Source: Octopus vulgaris (Eukaryota). From it: DNA of 64,000 nt. Numbering within the stretch: position 1 is the first letter of the stretch; each line of letters starts with the position of its first letter. Location of the stretch: positions 64,542,001-64,606,000 of the forward strand of contig OX597832.1 of NCBI GenBank assembly GCA_951406725.2, written 5' to 3'. Shown piece by piece: positions 26,826 to 41,455 of the stretch. Under the pieces are notes generated by a model, which worked only from the letters and a program-made list of their open reading frames with translations, was not told where the DNA came from and ran no database searches. A program made the translations under genes and the position numbers.

Positions 26826-27897
26826 AAAATAAAAAAGAAAAGAAATCAGGGTGAGATTTGAACTTCGATACTTTAAAATAAATTGTAACTTAATACCACA
26901 GCAATCTAGCAATTTTGACTCTACACCAACCACAAAACAGTTTCATAATAATATTATTAAGAGTAATACAGAAGGAAGAATAGAAATAATTGTTCAAAGC
27001 TATACCAATATATGAAATATTCAACAGTTAACGATTTATTCCACGTTTAAAAATGGTTCGCTAATTCTTCACATGCTTTTCGCTTTGTTTGTTTGTTTTT
27101 GTTGATTTTGTTTTCAATTCTCTTCTGCATAAATAATCGGAATACTAAATGTTTTACGAAGCAAACGGTGATGCAATAACAACAACAGCAGCAGCAGCAG
27201 TAGTAGAAGTAGTAGTAGTAGTAGTAGTGGTTGGACATTAGAATAAAATAACTGAATTTCATCTTAATACGAAGCAACGAACAACAAAAGCACAAAAAAT
27301 AACTATTTAAAAAATATTTAAAAAAATAACGTCTTTTTCTTCTGTTCCATGAAATATAAAATAGTTTGATAGTGTCTGTCTGTTTTTGCTCATTTTCCTG
27401 CCGTTGTTTTTGTTGTTTATATGCATCATGGCTTCTCTAGTTTTTAAAATTGTTTTGTCTTTCTTGCTTTTACAGATTTTTAACCACCACCACCACCACC
27501 ACCACCACCACCAACACTACCGCCACTTTCATTTTCTTCATAGTTTTCTATCCTATTTGTTCTTTTCGTTTACTTTTAAAATAATTTTTTTTCCTCCTTG
27601 CCTTGTCATAATTTTCTTCCTCTGCTTTTCTTTCGTCACTTATTATTCTATAATTTTGTATTTTTTTCATTCACGCTCTTTTTCATTGTTTTCCTTCTAT
27701 ATTCCTCACTTTTTTCAGACTGCTTCCTCCCCACCTCTCTCTTATTTCTTTGGGGATGAAATAGATGGTGATAAAAAAAAAGGAAGAAAATAGAGAAAAA
27801 AGAAAATATTTTATGATGTGGAGTTAGAAGAGGAAAAAAAGATCAGTCAAAATTTCTTTCAGACAGAATTTTTGTCTTTCATCACACTTTTCGTCCA

Positions 27898-27938
<41 letters not shown>

Positions 27939-27949
27939 GAAATGTGTGT

Positions 27950-28019
<70 letters not shown>

Positions 28020-30974
28020 ATGTGTGTGTGTTTCAAAACTTTATTTATCATCGTCTCTTTCACACATGATTAAATATATTTTTATATTCAGAATAGACGA
28101 TTGAATTGTATAAAAATAATAGTATAGATACATGGTCACCAGTATCCTCTTACATTACTGGTATTCATTTCATCAATAATCGTTTTTTGTAAAGCAATTG
28201 TTAACTACGAACCTTTTAGAATCCATCAAATAGACGCCCGCTATCGAATATTGTGATTTATGTGACATATATGGCGTTCTGGTTTTATGAAAAATCCTTC
28301 ATGATTATGACAAGAAGCAAGGGAGTTGGAAAGCCATAATCTGCCCACCATTTCAATCTACGAGTTGACTTGAAAGCTCAGTTGAACAAAGGGGTATAAG
28401 GCATCCACAAATATGGGCCGCACTTCTGGTCGAAGCACTTGCCAACTTTCCTCAAAGACAGTCGTCTTTTGTTGGGTTCCGCCTAGTACCTAGCTGCTAC
28501 CGCGACCCCAAAATGTAGCTTGATAAACGTCTATATTGCGACAAACTGCTTCGACAAGCAACCCAAATAAGAAGGAGGTAGTAGTCGGGTATTAAAACCC
28601 TGATGATATGTCTAAAAGATGAGCAGTGGCCTTGTGAAGATTAACTCCAGCGATCTAAGCTGACAAAAACCATAATGGCTTTAATGTTAAAAATGGCGCT
28701 TTTGGCAAGATACGAGGAATGCTAATAAGCATGATATAACAAAATAGCAGACGAGGTCGCACTTTAGATAAACCTGCTGCCAACCGGCTTCTTACTATCT
28801 GACCAGTAGTTCTAATCACACCTAGTCTAAGTCAAAATAAAAATCATTTTTCACTTGAATCTGATTAAGGAACAAGTCATATCGCATTATTCTGTGGACT
28901 GTTTCCAGGATATTAAACTTTCCTCCAAAACGAAGGCATGAACAACACTGCATGTTTTTTATCTCCTTCAAATAACACTTCTATTAGTTCTAGCCCCGAA
29001 GAAAAACATTATCTTTTAATAGAGCTTAGATTTTATCTTGTGAAATGTTTGTCTGTGATCGACTGTAAAATAAATAATTCCTGCCGCTTAGAAAATGGAA
29101 CTTAGAAACCCGAAACAAATAAACTGTGGATAAAATAACGAATAATGTAACTTAATGATTCATTGTAAAACGCTACATTACATTCTAAAATAATGATTAC
29201 CATATTTAAAATAGTGAACACGAGCCTCAGATCACTATTTCGGCGGGAGGGAAATGATCGATTATGTCAACCTTAGTACTGATCCATCCACGGATGAATG
29301 CAAAACAACATTAGATTTAACAAGAATTGAAACCGGAACCTAAAAAGGCAGTAACATAATAATTCTGTTGGATGATCTACCGATTGTATTATCTCACTAC
29401 AATTTTCACAGATATTAATCTGATAAAAACACTATTTTGTGTTTTTTTGTTTTGTTACTCGTTTGTCTTTATTTTTGGTATATGCAATATTCACGGTTGA
29501 ATAAGCAATGCTATTGCAGTGTTTAGATGGTAATGTTTATAGAATTATGCAATTTTGGCACAAATTGTTGGGAGCAATATATCTATATTCCATGAAGCAG
29601 AGAAAGTTTATTCCATTGCGAAATAAATATATCCTGTGACTATGCTAGAATCTTAATCACAAGATTTATAAGTAAGAGCAAATTTAATCAGAAGAATATC
29701 GAGAATTTTCTAAATGAATGAGGATTTTCGATAAATTCAAAAATGAATACATAATCACACACAAGAAAAAAAGAGAATATGTATATTTATACACACACGA
29801 AAAAAGAGAAATATATATATATATATTTATATATATGCTGAGTAAATAAGACAAATGACTGCTGGATAATAATCAGATAAGACAAAATAGATTTTAAATT
29901 AACTTATACGCTCGTGCTGCTTATATGAGGGTAGGTTCAGGTATTTTATTAAAGGATATTAATGAATAGAGAACAATGCAGACCTTTCCGTTAATAAAAG
30001 GTCTCGCATCAAATGACCTTATTAGCCGCAGTGCTATCTCTAGAGCTCTCTATTTTTCGAGACTGAAATATAATATTAGGAAATAAAACTTTTTTTGTCT
30101 CACATGGCGTCAAGTCAGTTGAAACTTCTTACAAACATGGCCCCCCTAATCCAATTGACGCTAGGCTGGCTTGTCCGTTTAAACTGTAATTATTTTTACG
30201 AAATATATTTACTGTGTTTTATATAAATAGAAATGCAATTCATTCCATTTAATGACCTTCTTTTTCTTTTAATAATGTTTGAGCAAAATGATTTGTTTAC
30301 ATGGAATGCTATAAATGTGCGAGATAGAAGGCAACAAGATGACAAATAAATAGATATAATATAACATAATATATATAGATATAAGTTACTGTAAAATATA
30401 GAGCTACAGATAAATTAAATGGCCGACGAGACTTTGGTTCATGTCAAATCAACAGCACTGTACAATACAAAATGGAAAAAGTAATTTAAATTTCCAATAT
30501 CTCCCGAAGCATGATGTAAGCAGCGAATTGGTAGAGCTTGAAAAAATGCCTCGCGTCGTTTGTTGCGGTTCACTGGGATTTCACTTAAATTTCACCCAGA
30601 TCAAATTCGTCTTTGAGTTTCGATAAATTAAAGAAGCAGTCCAGGATAGCGAAGCGTTAGAATTATTAGCGCGTCGAACAAAATGCCTTTTCGTATTTTC
30701 GCAGTGCTTTGGTATTTTAGAGGATTTCATCCTTTAAAGACACAAACTAAGCCTTTAAGACAGGTTTCGGTCTAGCTAGACCGTTCACCCGTCCTCCTTC
30801 AGAGGCGCTGAACAAGTTAAAGTGTGATGGGCACTATCCTCCCTTTCACATTCCTCAGTTTTGGTTTTCAAGAAAGAATCTCTATGGGAGAAATACATCT
30901 TTTACAGTATATCATATTTGAAAGCCTCTCTCAAATTTTTGTTTCCATTTATTGAAGGAAATATTTCGCAAATA

Positions 30975-31650
30975 TTGGTTTCAAATTTTGGCGCAAGGCC
31001 AGACATTTTAGGAGAGCGGTGAATGTCGGTTACATCGGTCCCAGGGCTCAACTAGTACTTGTTTTATTGACCCGAAAGGATGAAAGGCAAAGTCGACCTC
31101 GGAGGCATTTGGACCCAGAACGTAAAGTCAAATGAAAAGCCGTTAACGATTCTGTTGGCCCGTTGCCTGATGTTTCTGAAGTATTTATTTCTTTATTGCC
31201 CACAGGAGTGAAGGGGATAGACATAAAGGGGACAAATAAGGACAGACAAAGGGATTAAGTCGATTACATCGACCCCAGTGCGTAAGTAGTACTTATTTAA
31301 TCGACGCCGAAAGGATGAAAGACAAAGTCGACCTCGGCGGAATTGGAACTCAGAACATAACGGCAGACGAAATATCGCTAAACATTTCGCCAGGCATGCT
31401 AAAGATTCTGCCAGCTCGACACACTTTGTTTCTGAAATATTCTTTTCTACTCTAGGCACAAGGCCTGAAATTTTGGGGAAGGGGCCAGTCGATTAGATCG
31501 AACCCAGTACACAACTGGTAATTAATTTATCGAATCCGAAAGGATGAAAGGCAAAGGCGATCTCGGCGGAATTTGAACTCAGAACGTAAAGACAGACGAA
31601 ATGCCGCTTAGCATTTTTCCCGGCGTGCTAACGATTCTGCCAGCTCGAGA
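30975..31650 (-). mobile_element. Three co-oriented SINE family B copies
   Basis: Core GAAAGGATGAAAG.CAAAG.CGA.CTCGG near 31075, 31310 and 31540. Confidence 0.9.
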
Positions 31651-32086
31651 CCCTTTGTTTGTTTCTCAAATAATGAATTATGAATGTAGCTATAAAACCT
31701 AAACAAATCTTAAAATAGACTTTGTTGTCTCCCAAACAAAGAAAAAGAAGAATGTAAAAGTTCTACAAATCAGTAAAATTAGATAAATTCATCAGTTATA
31801 GCCACGAGTCTCTTATACGTGTAATACATCATCTTCGACGGGTGGTTAGATACAACCTATTATGAATAGAAAACATTGGATCTCATACGGTAATTGATGC
31901 AAAGAAGCGAAGATGATAAACGTAGACTAACACGGGCTAAACCCTATGAAGGAGGACCGCAGAGAAGGATAAGAGAAAAAATACCATTTTCCTCTATAGA
32001 AGCATAGTTTAACTCCTAGATATTGAACTCAGCACTGAAAGCCAAAGTATATATAATCTAAAATTTCATCAGCGCAGTTGGTTAGT

Positions 32087-32393
32087 GAAGACGTGTCGCT
32101 AAGCGGTTAGAATATTTGGTTCACGATCGTAAGGTCATGAGTTCGATTCCTGGTGGAGCGATGTGTCCTTGAGCAAGATTCTTTACTTCACGTGGCTCCA
32201 GTTCACTCAGCTAGCAAAAAATGAGTTGTACCTGTATATCAAAGGGCTAGACTTGTCACATTCTGTGTCACGTTGAATCTCCCTGAGAACTACGCTAAAT
32301 GTACGCATGTCTTTGGAGCACTCAGCCACTTGTACGTTAATTCTACGAGCAGGCTATTCCGTTAATCAGATCAACTAGAACCCTTGTCATCGT
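32087..32393 (+). mobile_element. tRNA-derived SINE with a different head/core but the family C tail
   Basis: B-box-like GAGTTCGATTCC; core GTGTCCTTGAGCAAG..CTCCAGTTCACTCAGCT; tail GAGAACTACG..CAGCCACTTG..ACGAGCAGGCT. Confidence 0.8.
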
Positions 32394-33401
32394 AAAAGTT
32401 TGCTGTTTAGATTAGGGTTGACTCTCATAAAACACATCTCAGCTATGACTCTCGCGCCTTTTGAAGGAATACCGAAGATTGCTTTGCTGAAGATGTATCT
32501 TTTTAAGAGAATGTTGTATGATTTAGAGAGAGACTCTGCTACTGTAACTATTTGCTGTAATAACTTGTAGAATGTTCATCGCTCGTCCACTTAAAAGGAG
32601 CAAAGAGAGGCGGTTGCATTCTAATTGCATTAGGTGTTAATTACTTCGTCTAAGACAGAAGTGCATCGCTGCTGAAAGAAGCTGCATCTGTCGCTAGTTC
32701 TGCTGTTGCTGCTGTTTCTTCTGAAAACACATCATTCAAATCTTTCTATCCGTGACAATCATGCTTGTGCTCTTTGAGATATATTAATAGGAGTATAATA
32801 TTCAGTTTGTCCTTTGTCATTGCTACTTAGCATCCAGTAGATCCTGTTTGAACAACGCTATTATCAAAACCGCATTCCAGCAGTGGCCATCATTTTGTTT
32901 TTTTTACAAACGTCAGCCAATATGTTAGTGTATTTTAAGGTGCTAACTATAATTTAAGGGATATATACCTGCTGTTTTTAGCAGTTTAGTCAACAACAAT
33001 GAAACCACAAGTCAGTGTTGCACACATACAATTCATAGGAACCAACAGAGGCCGTTCTGTATTCTTCAAACTGCTTTTAAATTTTAAGGCTTTTTTGCGC
33101 AGTAAAATCTCAAAGAATTTAAGTGTCGTGACCGCAAGACAACATTCGAAGCACGTGATCACTTTTGACCTCTGAGAGGTGAAGGTTCAAAATATTGACC
33201 TTCCAGAGATGACGAATCAAAATATTGATCCCTGATAAAGAGAAAAGGTAGTATATTCCCATTGATTCAACAAACCTCGCTACAAACGTTCAACACCAGC
33301 AACATCTCTGCTGAAAACAATGACTACACAAGTTGCACTACGATTATTGAATGAGGAGAAATACATGATATTAATGATATTATAGTGTTCATTACACTTA
33401 C

Positions 33402-33483
33402 CAATATACGTGCTCCAGGTAATAAATGTGATCAAGCAGAGTGACCAAAGTCTCAAACAACACCAGATTGTAAACTGCTGCAT
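33402..33483 (-). CDS. Candidate first coding exon, signal-peptide-like, of an unidentified secreted or membrane protein (exon 33402-33485)
   Basis: Minus strand: pyrimidine tract TTTTTTTGTTTCTGTTCTTTAG, then GA ATG..., encoding MQQFTIWCCLRLWSLCLITFITWSTYI+G, then the canonical donor GTAAGT (phase 1). A second frame is also open. Confidence 0.6.
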
Positions 33484-33710
33484 TCCTAAAGAACAGAAAC
33501 AAAAAAAGAGAAACATAAACAAACAGGTTGATAAATTCAATAAATAAGATGTAGTAAAAGAAATTGTATTGACAGAAATTACGTCTACAACCGATTAGAT
33601 TAATATGTAACAAGAGGAACGAAAAAAAAAATAAAACGGAAAATAATGGAAAATAAAATGATAGACTTCCTAAACCTATCAAATAAATCTCCATGAAATA
33701 AAACGAATGC

Positions 33711-33885
<175 letters not shown>

Positions 33886-34072
33886 GAAGAAGAAGAACGA
33901 CAACAACAAAAACGCAGCACTAAATTGAACATCTAAATAATGGTAGTGGGTGTAAAAAAAGAAAAAAAGAAACAAGGAAATAAAGGATACAGGTGTTTCG
34001 AAGCGTCATTTGCTTGTCTATTATCTATTCTGTGAGAATGTAGTAAATAACTAGACAAATCATTATTTCGCT

Positions 34073-34122
<50 letters not shown>

Positions 34123-34125
<3 letters not shown>

Positions 34126-34523
34126 TATTCCCTCGCCATAACGCGGTTCAGCTATCGTGGTTTGTTATTTAAGCTTACGTTTTTCTGCCGAGTTCGACCT
34201 TGCCTTTCATCTTTTGGGAGTCGATAAAGTAAGTACCAATGAAACACTGGGGTTGATGTAATCGACTCGTCTCCTCCTACAAAATCTCAAGGCCTTGCGC
34301 CTTCAATAGAAAGAATTGTTTAAGCTTACGTCGCTTCTTCTATGGGGTTGTTATGCATTTATAATTAAATATATATATAAAGAAAATGATATACCCCGAA
34401 ATACAAAAAATATATACAAATTTTCAAAATAATAAAAAAAAAACCCATATAGTACAGTACTGTTTCTACTTCGCGGATTTTCACTTATCGCAGGGGTTTT
34501 GGAACGTAACATCCGCGACAGAC
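34123..34523 (+). mobile_element. Tigger/pogo-like MITE, right end truncated, interrupted by a SINE
   Basis: TA|CAGTATTCCCTCGCCATAACGCGG left end; CTTCGCGGATTTTCACTTATCGC..GGAACGTAAC..CCGCGA subterminal right end. Confidence 0.7.
34181..34318 (+). mobile_element. 5'-truncated SINE B with 13-bp target site duplication
   Basis: TTTAAGCTTACGT at 34168-34180 and 34319-34331. Confidence 0.85.
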
Positions 34524-35060
34524 TAATAAACTGTCCTACTATATTTTCAAAACAATGTTGAAGGCCGGAGAGCTGGAATAATACTTTCAATGTGTGATCT
34601 AGAAGTAAAATGAATGTTCCACGTTCAACTCCCTAGCCTAGCCGGTAAATAAAAATAGGTCATTGATACCAATTGAAATTGGGTTCTAAAGAACATTCTT
34701 ATGACGAGAAATTACGGTGAAATATATGCTGGTGTTCCTTCTGAATAATTCAAAGAGAATCAAATCAATTTCTTCTGAAAATAACTCGTGGCCACGAAAA
34801 GATTGCACGTAGTACGTAGGTCTTTATAGGAGTTTTAGAGAGGGCAAAGATGTGTCATAGGTCTAACATATAGTTTATTTAGGACGTGATATCAAACTGT
34901 GGTCATGTTTTGAATTCTCAAAAGGGTTTAACATTTTATAAGAATTCACCACGCAAAGAGTATTCTTTAAAGTATTAAAGCCCAATATAAATATATTATT
35001 TACACACACAGATTGTATATATATACACACACATACTAATCTCTCTCTTTCACACACACA

Positions 35061-35102
<42 letters not shown>

Positions 35103-35279
35103 ACTCACACACATAAGAGAGCACTTTATTTTTGTTCGTTTGTGTTACTAATGTAGCTTTTAGCGTTTATTCTTTCCTAGCGTGTAAGCAGAGTTTTCTG
35201 GAACGAATTCAAATTGGAATATTAGAGAGAGAAATATCTGAATATCCCCCCACCCACACACACATATACACACAAATAT

Positions 35280-35333
<54 letters not shown>

Positions 35334-35419
35334 TTATATATACATACACATATGTATAAATATATATATATAGATATACATATATATATGTATATATATG
35401 TATATATGTATATATGTGC

Positions 35420-35451
<32 letters not shown>

Positions 35452-35538
35452 GCATATATATATGTATATATATATTTATACATATGTGTATGTATATATA
35501 TGCGTATATATACAATATATATATATATATATATACAC

Positions 35539-35569
<31 letters not shown>

Positions 35570-35913
35570 CATATACACATACACACACAGAGAGACAGAG
35601 TGTGGGAGAGAGAGAGCATATGTATACGTGAAATATGGAGATTGTACTTGTACAAGGGTAATAACAAGTAAGGCCAACAACAAAGTCAGCTACAAGCAAA
35701 GCCACTACTGTAGCAACTGGTACAGGAAGCCATACAATGAGAATATGAAATCTATTTGTGATATTAATAGGAATACGCTGAGAATGAGATGAGATGGAAT
35801 GAACGACGGTGAGAGACAGAAAAGAGACGAATATGAAAAAATATGTGCAATATATAAGTGAACGCTGTTCTTGGCGATGATGATGACCGCGAAAGTAATA
35901 ATAATAATATTAA

Positions 35914-36128
35914 TGGTTCCGAATTTTGCCACAAGGGCAGCCATTTTGGATGACAGGATGTGTCGATTACATCGACCTCAGTATTCAGCTGGTACTTAAT
36001 TTATCGACCCCGAAAGGATGAAAGGCAAGATCGACCTCGGCGTAATTTAAACTCGGAACGTGGCGACTTGTGAAAAGCCGCTAAGCATTTTGCCCGGCGT
36101 GATAACGGTTCCACCTGCTCGCCACCTT
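35914..36128 (-). mobile_element. SINE family B
   Basis: Core motif and head remnant GCTCGCCACCTT. Confidence 0.88.
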
Positions 36129-36665
36129 AGCAACAACAATGACAGCAACAACAACAACTACAACAACAACAACAATAATAACGCTATCAGCAACGATATA
36201 GCCGAACTGCCTAAAGGAAAGATGATGATGTCTGTGAAATATAAATATATGAGTTTGGCCAGACATCATTATTCAAGGAATCAGAGAGAGAAAATATATA
36301 GAGCTGTTTTTAGACAGTTTTAATCCCAGAAGATAGAAAGCGTATATTCTTATTTCAAATGGACACATTTTATTGAGTAACAGGTATAATAATGGAAGTA
36401 CGTTTTATTTACGCTCTGAACCAGCACACGTCGTCCCGTCCTTGAGAGCTTGCAGCTAACTTAATGGTTATTTTTAATTTAAATTTGTAGAAGACTGTTG
36501 TTAGCCCCTCGCTTAACACATTTATATTTTGGATAATAAAATGACTGTGAGTGGCCAGCCCGTCTAACTCGAAGTAAAGAGCAGCATGAAGGTTAGCATG
36601 AAATAAGCTTACAGGTAATTTGACAGGTGTGCAAACGCGCGCGCTCACACACACGCACACACAAA

Positions 36666-36749
<84 letters not shown>

Positions 36750-36750
<1 letters not shown>

Positions 36751-36924
36751 GACTGGTTTTCTGGTAAGAAGTTTGCTTCCCAACTACATGGTTCTGGATT
36801 CAGTCCCACTGCGTGGCAACTTGGGCGAGTGTCTTCGACTATAGCTTCGGACGGGCCGAAGCCTTGTGAGTGGATTTGGTTTAAAATAAATCTCATCGGA
36901 TATATGTGCATATGTGTGTGTGTG

Positions 36925-36955
<31 letters not shown>

Positions 36956-37155
36956 ATCCCACCGCCACCTGACAACCAGTGTTTGTGTTTTTACGTTCGA
37001 GCAACTTAATGATTCGGCAAAAAGAGTCCGATAGAATAAGTACCAGATCAAAAAAATAATAAAAAATGCACTGGGGTCGATTCATTGGACTAAAAATTCT
37101 TAAAGGTGAATCCCCAGCATGGGCGCAGTCTTATGACTGAAACAAGTAATAGATT
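36750..37155 (+). mobile_element. SINE family A
   Basis: TTCAGTCCCACTGCGTGGCA...CAGTCTTATGACTGAAACAAGTAA. Confidence 0.85.
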
Positions 37156-37639
37156 AACACACACACACACATATCTGTAAGTTAATAAGATCATGCATTG
37201 GAAAACGATGAAACATTTAAATATTAACTGATGATGTAACTCCATACATTTTATGAACTGGGATTTATTGATAACAATGAACTCCAGGCGAATTATTATT
37301 TTGATTATATATATTCGCGCTTGTGTGTGTGTGTGTGTGTAAATAATGAAGAACGGGATGAGAGCGAGATGATTAAATGAAACCGGTGTAACAGATTTAT
37401 CATCAAAGGTATTTTAGGGTTTCCGTTTACATTTTAATTCATTTGTACAACCAAATTTTGTAATGCATCGTTCTTCAAAGTATGAAATTCCAGGTCCCTA
37501 TAAAATCGAAAATTCTCTCAGCCTCTTCAACAACCTTATAATCTCCTTTCTTTCACATAACTTTAAACAATTTTGAAATGTTTGTATTTCTTTTACTTCT
37601 CCTTGCGTTTCAATCCGACGACGAATACTAATCTCCATT

Positions 37640-38466
37640 AACACTGAAGCCTACCTCATCCATCTCAAATCTTTCCCATATTTCATGTTGAAATTTGCCT
37701 GATCTAGCTTCCAACATACCGTACAATGTCATTCTAAAAATATGCAATTATATCATCAAAATCTCAGAGCCATAATGTAATCGTTTCTATTCAAGGCACA
37801 AGGCTCAAAATTTTGAGGGAGGGGGTCCAGTCGATTAGATTGATCCCCCAGTACGCAACTGGTACTTGATTTATTGAACCCGAATGTATGAAAAGCAAAG
37901 TCGACCTCTGTGGAATTTGAACTCAGAATGTAATGGCAGACGAAATACCTATTTCTTTACTACCCACAAGGGGCTAAACACAGAGAGGACAGACAAACGG
38001 ATTAAGTCGATTATATCGACCGCAGTGCGTAGCTGGTACTTAATTTATCGACCCTGAAAGGATGAAAGGCAAAGTCAACCTCGGCGGAATTTTAACTCAG
38101 AACGTAGCGGCAGATGAAATACCGCTAAACATTTCACCCGGCGTGCTGACGTTTCTGCCAGCTCGCTGCCTTAGATTACAGAAATATTCTTTTCTACTCT
38201 AGGCACAAGGCTCGAAATTTTGGGGGAAGGAGGACAGTCGATTAGATCGACCCCATTACAAGACTGGTACTTAATCGACCCCATTACAAGACTGGTACTT
38301 AATCGACCCATAAAGGATGAAAGGCAAACTCAGAATTTGAACTGAGAACGAAGCATTTCGCCTAACGTGCTAACGATTCTGCCAGCTAGCCGCCTTTGAG
38401 CCATGGAATAATGCATGATTAATTCAAACAATGGATATAAATTCAGAATAGTCTAAATGTCAAAGT
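37640..38466 (-). mobile_element. TTAA MITE (family of 6400-6597) split by three SINE B pieces at 37785-38395
   Basis: ACAATGTCATTCTAAAAA..ATCTCAGAGC on the left and ATAATGCATGATTAATTCAAACAA..TAAATGTCAAAGTGTTAA on the right resemble the reverse complement of the first copy. Confidence 0.65.
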
Positions 38467-39519
38467 GTTAAAACGGTGGTGACTTTACTGTCATTTAGTT
38501 GTTATTTCTAGTGAGTCGAAGGACTACTGAGAGAGTACCTCTTTGATGCTTTGATATTTGATATTTATTGTATTTACAGAATGTCAGTGGAGAATACGAC
38601 AATTGGAGTTATGGAGGGAAGCGTACTATTAAGTTAGTGGTTTGTCTTTGATGAAATATTGGATACAATTGATAAATGTTCAATATGAGAAGTTGCCAAG
38701 TCTGCAACCAAAATAGACATTATAGAAAAGTTAAGTTAGTGTTAAATTATTTAATGGATGGTTCATTAAAATAACGCTGCTTCATTAAAAGAATAAGCGA
38801 AGTAGAAGTAAATAAATAATGATAGTCAAAATACCTATGAAGAAAAATGTAAAACGAAAAAAGTAAAAGTGAATATATGCTGAGTCTTTCTAAAGTGTTT
38901 GTGAAATATTAAATTTTAAATATCAAATTTTTGACACTTTTGCACTATATATGGTAGAATTAATCTTGAAAGAATATTTATAAACCTGATGTCTCTATTT
39001 TTCTGTCTTTCATGAAAATTTTTTAAGAATATTTTTTATTTATTTTTATATGAAACAATAATTAAATTTTATTTTATGAGGACATGTGAAGTCTACTGGT
39101 TACTTAAGCTGGTTCTAAAGATAAATTTGTTAGCTACGATAATAACTAATGCGTTTCTGTCTATAATTGGAAATCAGCTACGAAACATACTTGTAGAACT
39201 TCAGAATTTGTCACATGCTCTCTGTTACTATATGACTTCCCAATTTTAAGACAGCAAGTTGAGATTTGAGACAAGACCGCGCAGCTATATCAAAAAAGAT
39301 CGGACTGATCTCAGAGCAGTGGTATTGGGGTTCAAACTCCGTCGAGACTGTGTATTTCATCTTTTAGTGGTTGAGGAAATGTAATCGACTAGCCCTCCCC
39401 TCAAAGATTTCAAGCCTTGTGCCTTTAGTAAAAAATATTATTATTATTATTAAAGAAAAGAGGACAAGCTGGTAGAATCTTCAGCGCCTCGAACAGGATA
39501 TTTAGTAGTTTCCATAGAA

Positions 39520-40140
39520 ACTACGTAGACCATAATTCATGGCCAAGTCCTGCTACTTTGCTATTTCTTCTATACCTCCCATATTGATTTTTTTCATCAT
39601 TTGGGACCTTAAAGTCAATTATCTGGCACGTTCAATTCTCTTTGTCTACAATTACTAAATCAGGCCTTCTAGATTCTATTAGTCTGTAAGTCCGAATGTT
39701 AAAGTCCCACATCTTGTATTTCTTACTTTCTAGTACTTTACTAGGTTCATGTTTATATTCAAACCCTAGCTTTCTTCAGAAATCCTAGTGGATTACTCTC
39801 CCTAGGTAGTCATGTATTTTCTTGTATTCGTTCTATGCAAGCATTCTACATCGACATAATATATTAGTTACACTTTGCTCTTTTGACTTGCATGATCTAC
39901 ATCAAGAATCTAGTTGATTTTTATTCATCTTTGCTTTTATCCAATTAGTCATTAATGCCTGATCTTTTGCTGTTTCTAACAAACATTCTGTCTCTTTTCA
40001 GCCTTCCATTCTCCAACCATATTCATGTCTCACTACAACCATTTGCTGCAACTATCTTTGGGAATCTACCATGCAAAGCCTTCTCCTGCGAGTTAGAAAA
40101 CCTCTATCCTCTTTTCTGATGTCTAACTTCGTTTCATTCT
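39520..40140 (-). mobile_element. Second R4/Dong-type remnant
   Basis: Minus-frame peptides ETECLLETAKDQALMTN, CRSC....SVTNIL..C and WDFNIRT..LIESRRPDLVIVDK...CQIIDFKVP; many stops. Confidence 0.82.
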
Positions 40141-40146
40141 CTGGTT

Positions 40147-40199
<53 letters not shown>

Positions 40200-40201
<2 letters not shown>

Positions 40202-40382
40202 GTGGCAAAATGCTTAGCGGCATTTCTTCCGTTTTTACGCTGTGAGTTCAAATTCCGCTGAGGTCGGCTTTGCCTTTCATCCTTTCGGGGTCGATAAATT
40301 AAATACCATTGAAACACTGAGCCCGATGCAATAGACTCTCCTTTCCCCAAAAATTTCAAACCTTGTGCCTATAGAAGAAAGG

Positions 40383-40390
<8 letters not shown>
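40200..40390 (+). mobile_element. SINE family B between (ATT)n tracts
   Basis: GAGTTCAAATTCCGCTGAGGTCGGCTTTGCCTTTCATCCTTTCGGGG. Confidence 0.88.
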
Positions 40391-40424
<34 letters not shown>

Positions 40425-40905
40425 TAATAGTAGTAATATTATTTTGTTTGCTTGTTGTATTATGTCTGTTCTAGGTTTTAAGTATTGTCGTTATCGGCGG
40501 CGGTCGTGGTAGTATTGCAAGTGTTTTCGTCTGTGGTGTAGAAGTGGTGGTGTGGTTGGCTATGGAATTGTGGGAGTAGTGGTCATTGTTGGTTTTATTA
40601 TTGCGGTGATGATGTGGGTGATGATGATAATGTTTATCCCCTAGTGAACCCTGTTCAAGCAGGCCTATGATCAAAAATATATTCTTTCTAAGAGTATCAA
40701 GGACTACATTATCAAATTTGACCTTTTCCTTTAGAAAAAAATCCGTTGATTTATAGAATGGTAGACACATAAGAATAGACGAGTGAGTGAATTGTTTGGG
40801 GTGAGAGAGAGAGAGAGAGAGAGAGCGAGAGGGAACGAAAGAGAGAGATACAGACAGGCCAATAGATATAGAGATGGGAAGTAACAGGCTGTAACTACAA
40901 CTGAT

Positions 40906-40938
<33 letters not shown>

Positions 40939-41120
40939 TGTATATATGTATGTTTATGTGTGTGAATGTATGTAAGCGTGTGTCTGTGACGGACAAACGA
41001 ATCCAACATTGTTGGAAGCATTTAGTGTGGCTGCATGTGCTTATGTTTGCGCGTGTATATACAGAAACGTATCGAATACTTATGTATACAATTCATACAC
41101 ATTTATACACTATTTCCTCC

Positions 41121-41216
<96 letters not shown>

Positions 41217-41376
41217 ATATAAATATATATTTATTTTTATGGGGGCGTGTGTGTCTAAGTATTAGTATGTGTATATAAATATATGTATCTAAGAATACAA
41301 GCATAGCTTTAAAATTTTCACATAATCTGTCTCTCTCTCTCATATATATATATGTATATATGTATATGTACACACA

Positions 41377-41455
<79 letters not shown>

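Noticed and set aside
32645-32720. Possible next minus-strand exon after the 33.4 kb exon
   Set aside because: Gives an early stop in both compatible frames and looks like a decayed (GCA)n tract.
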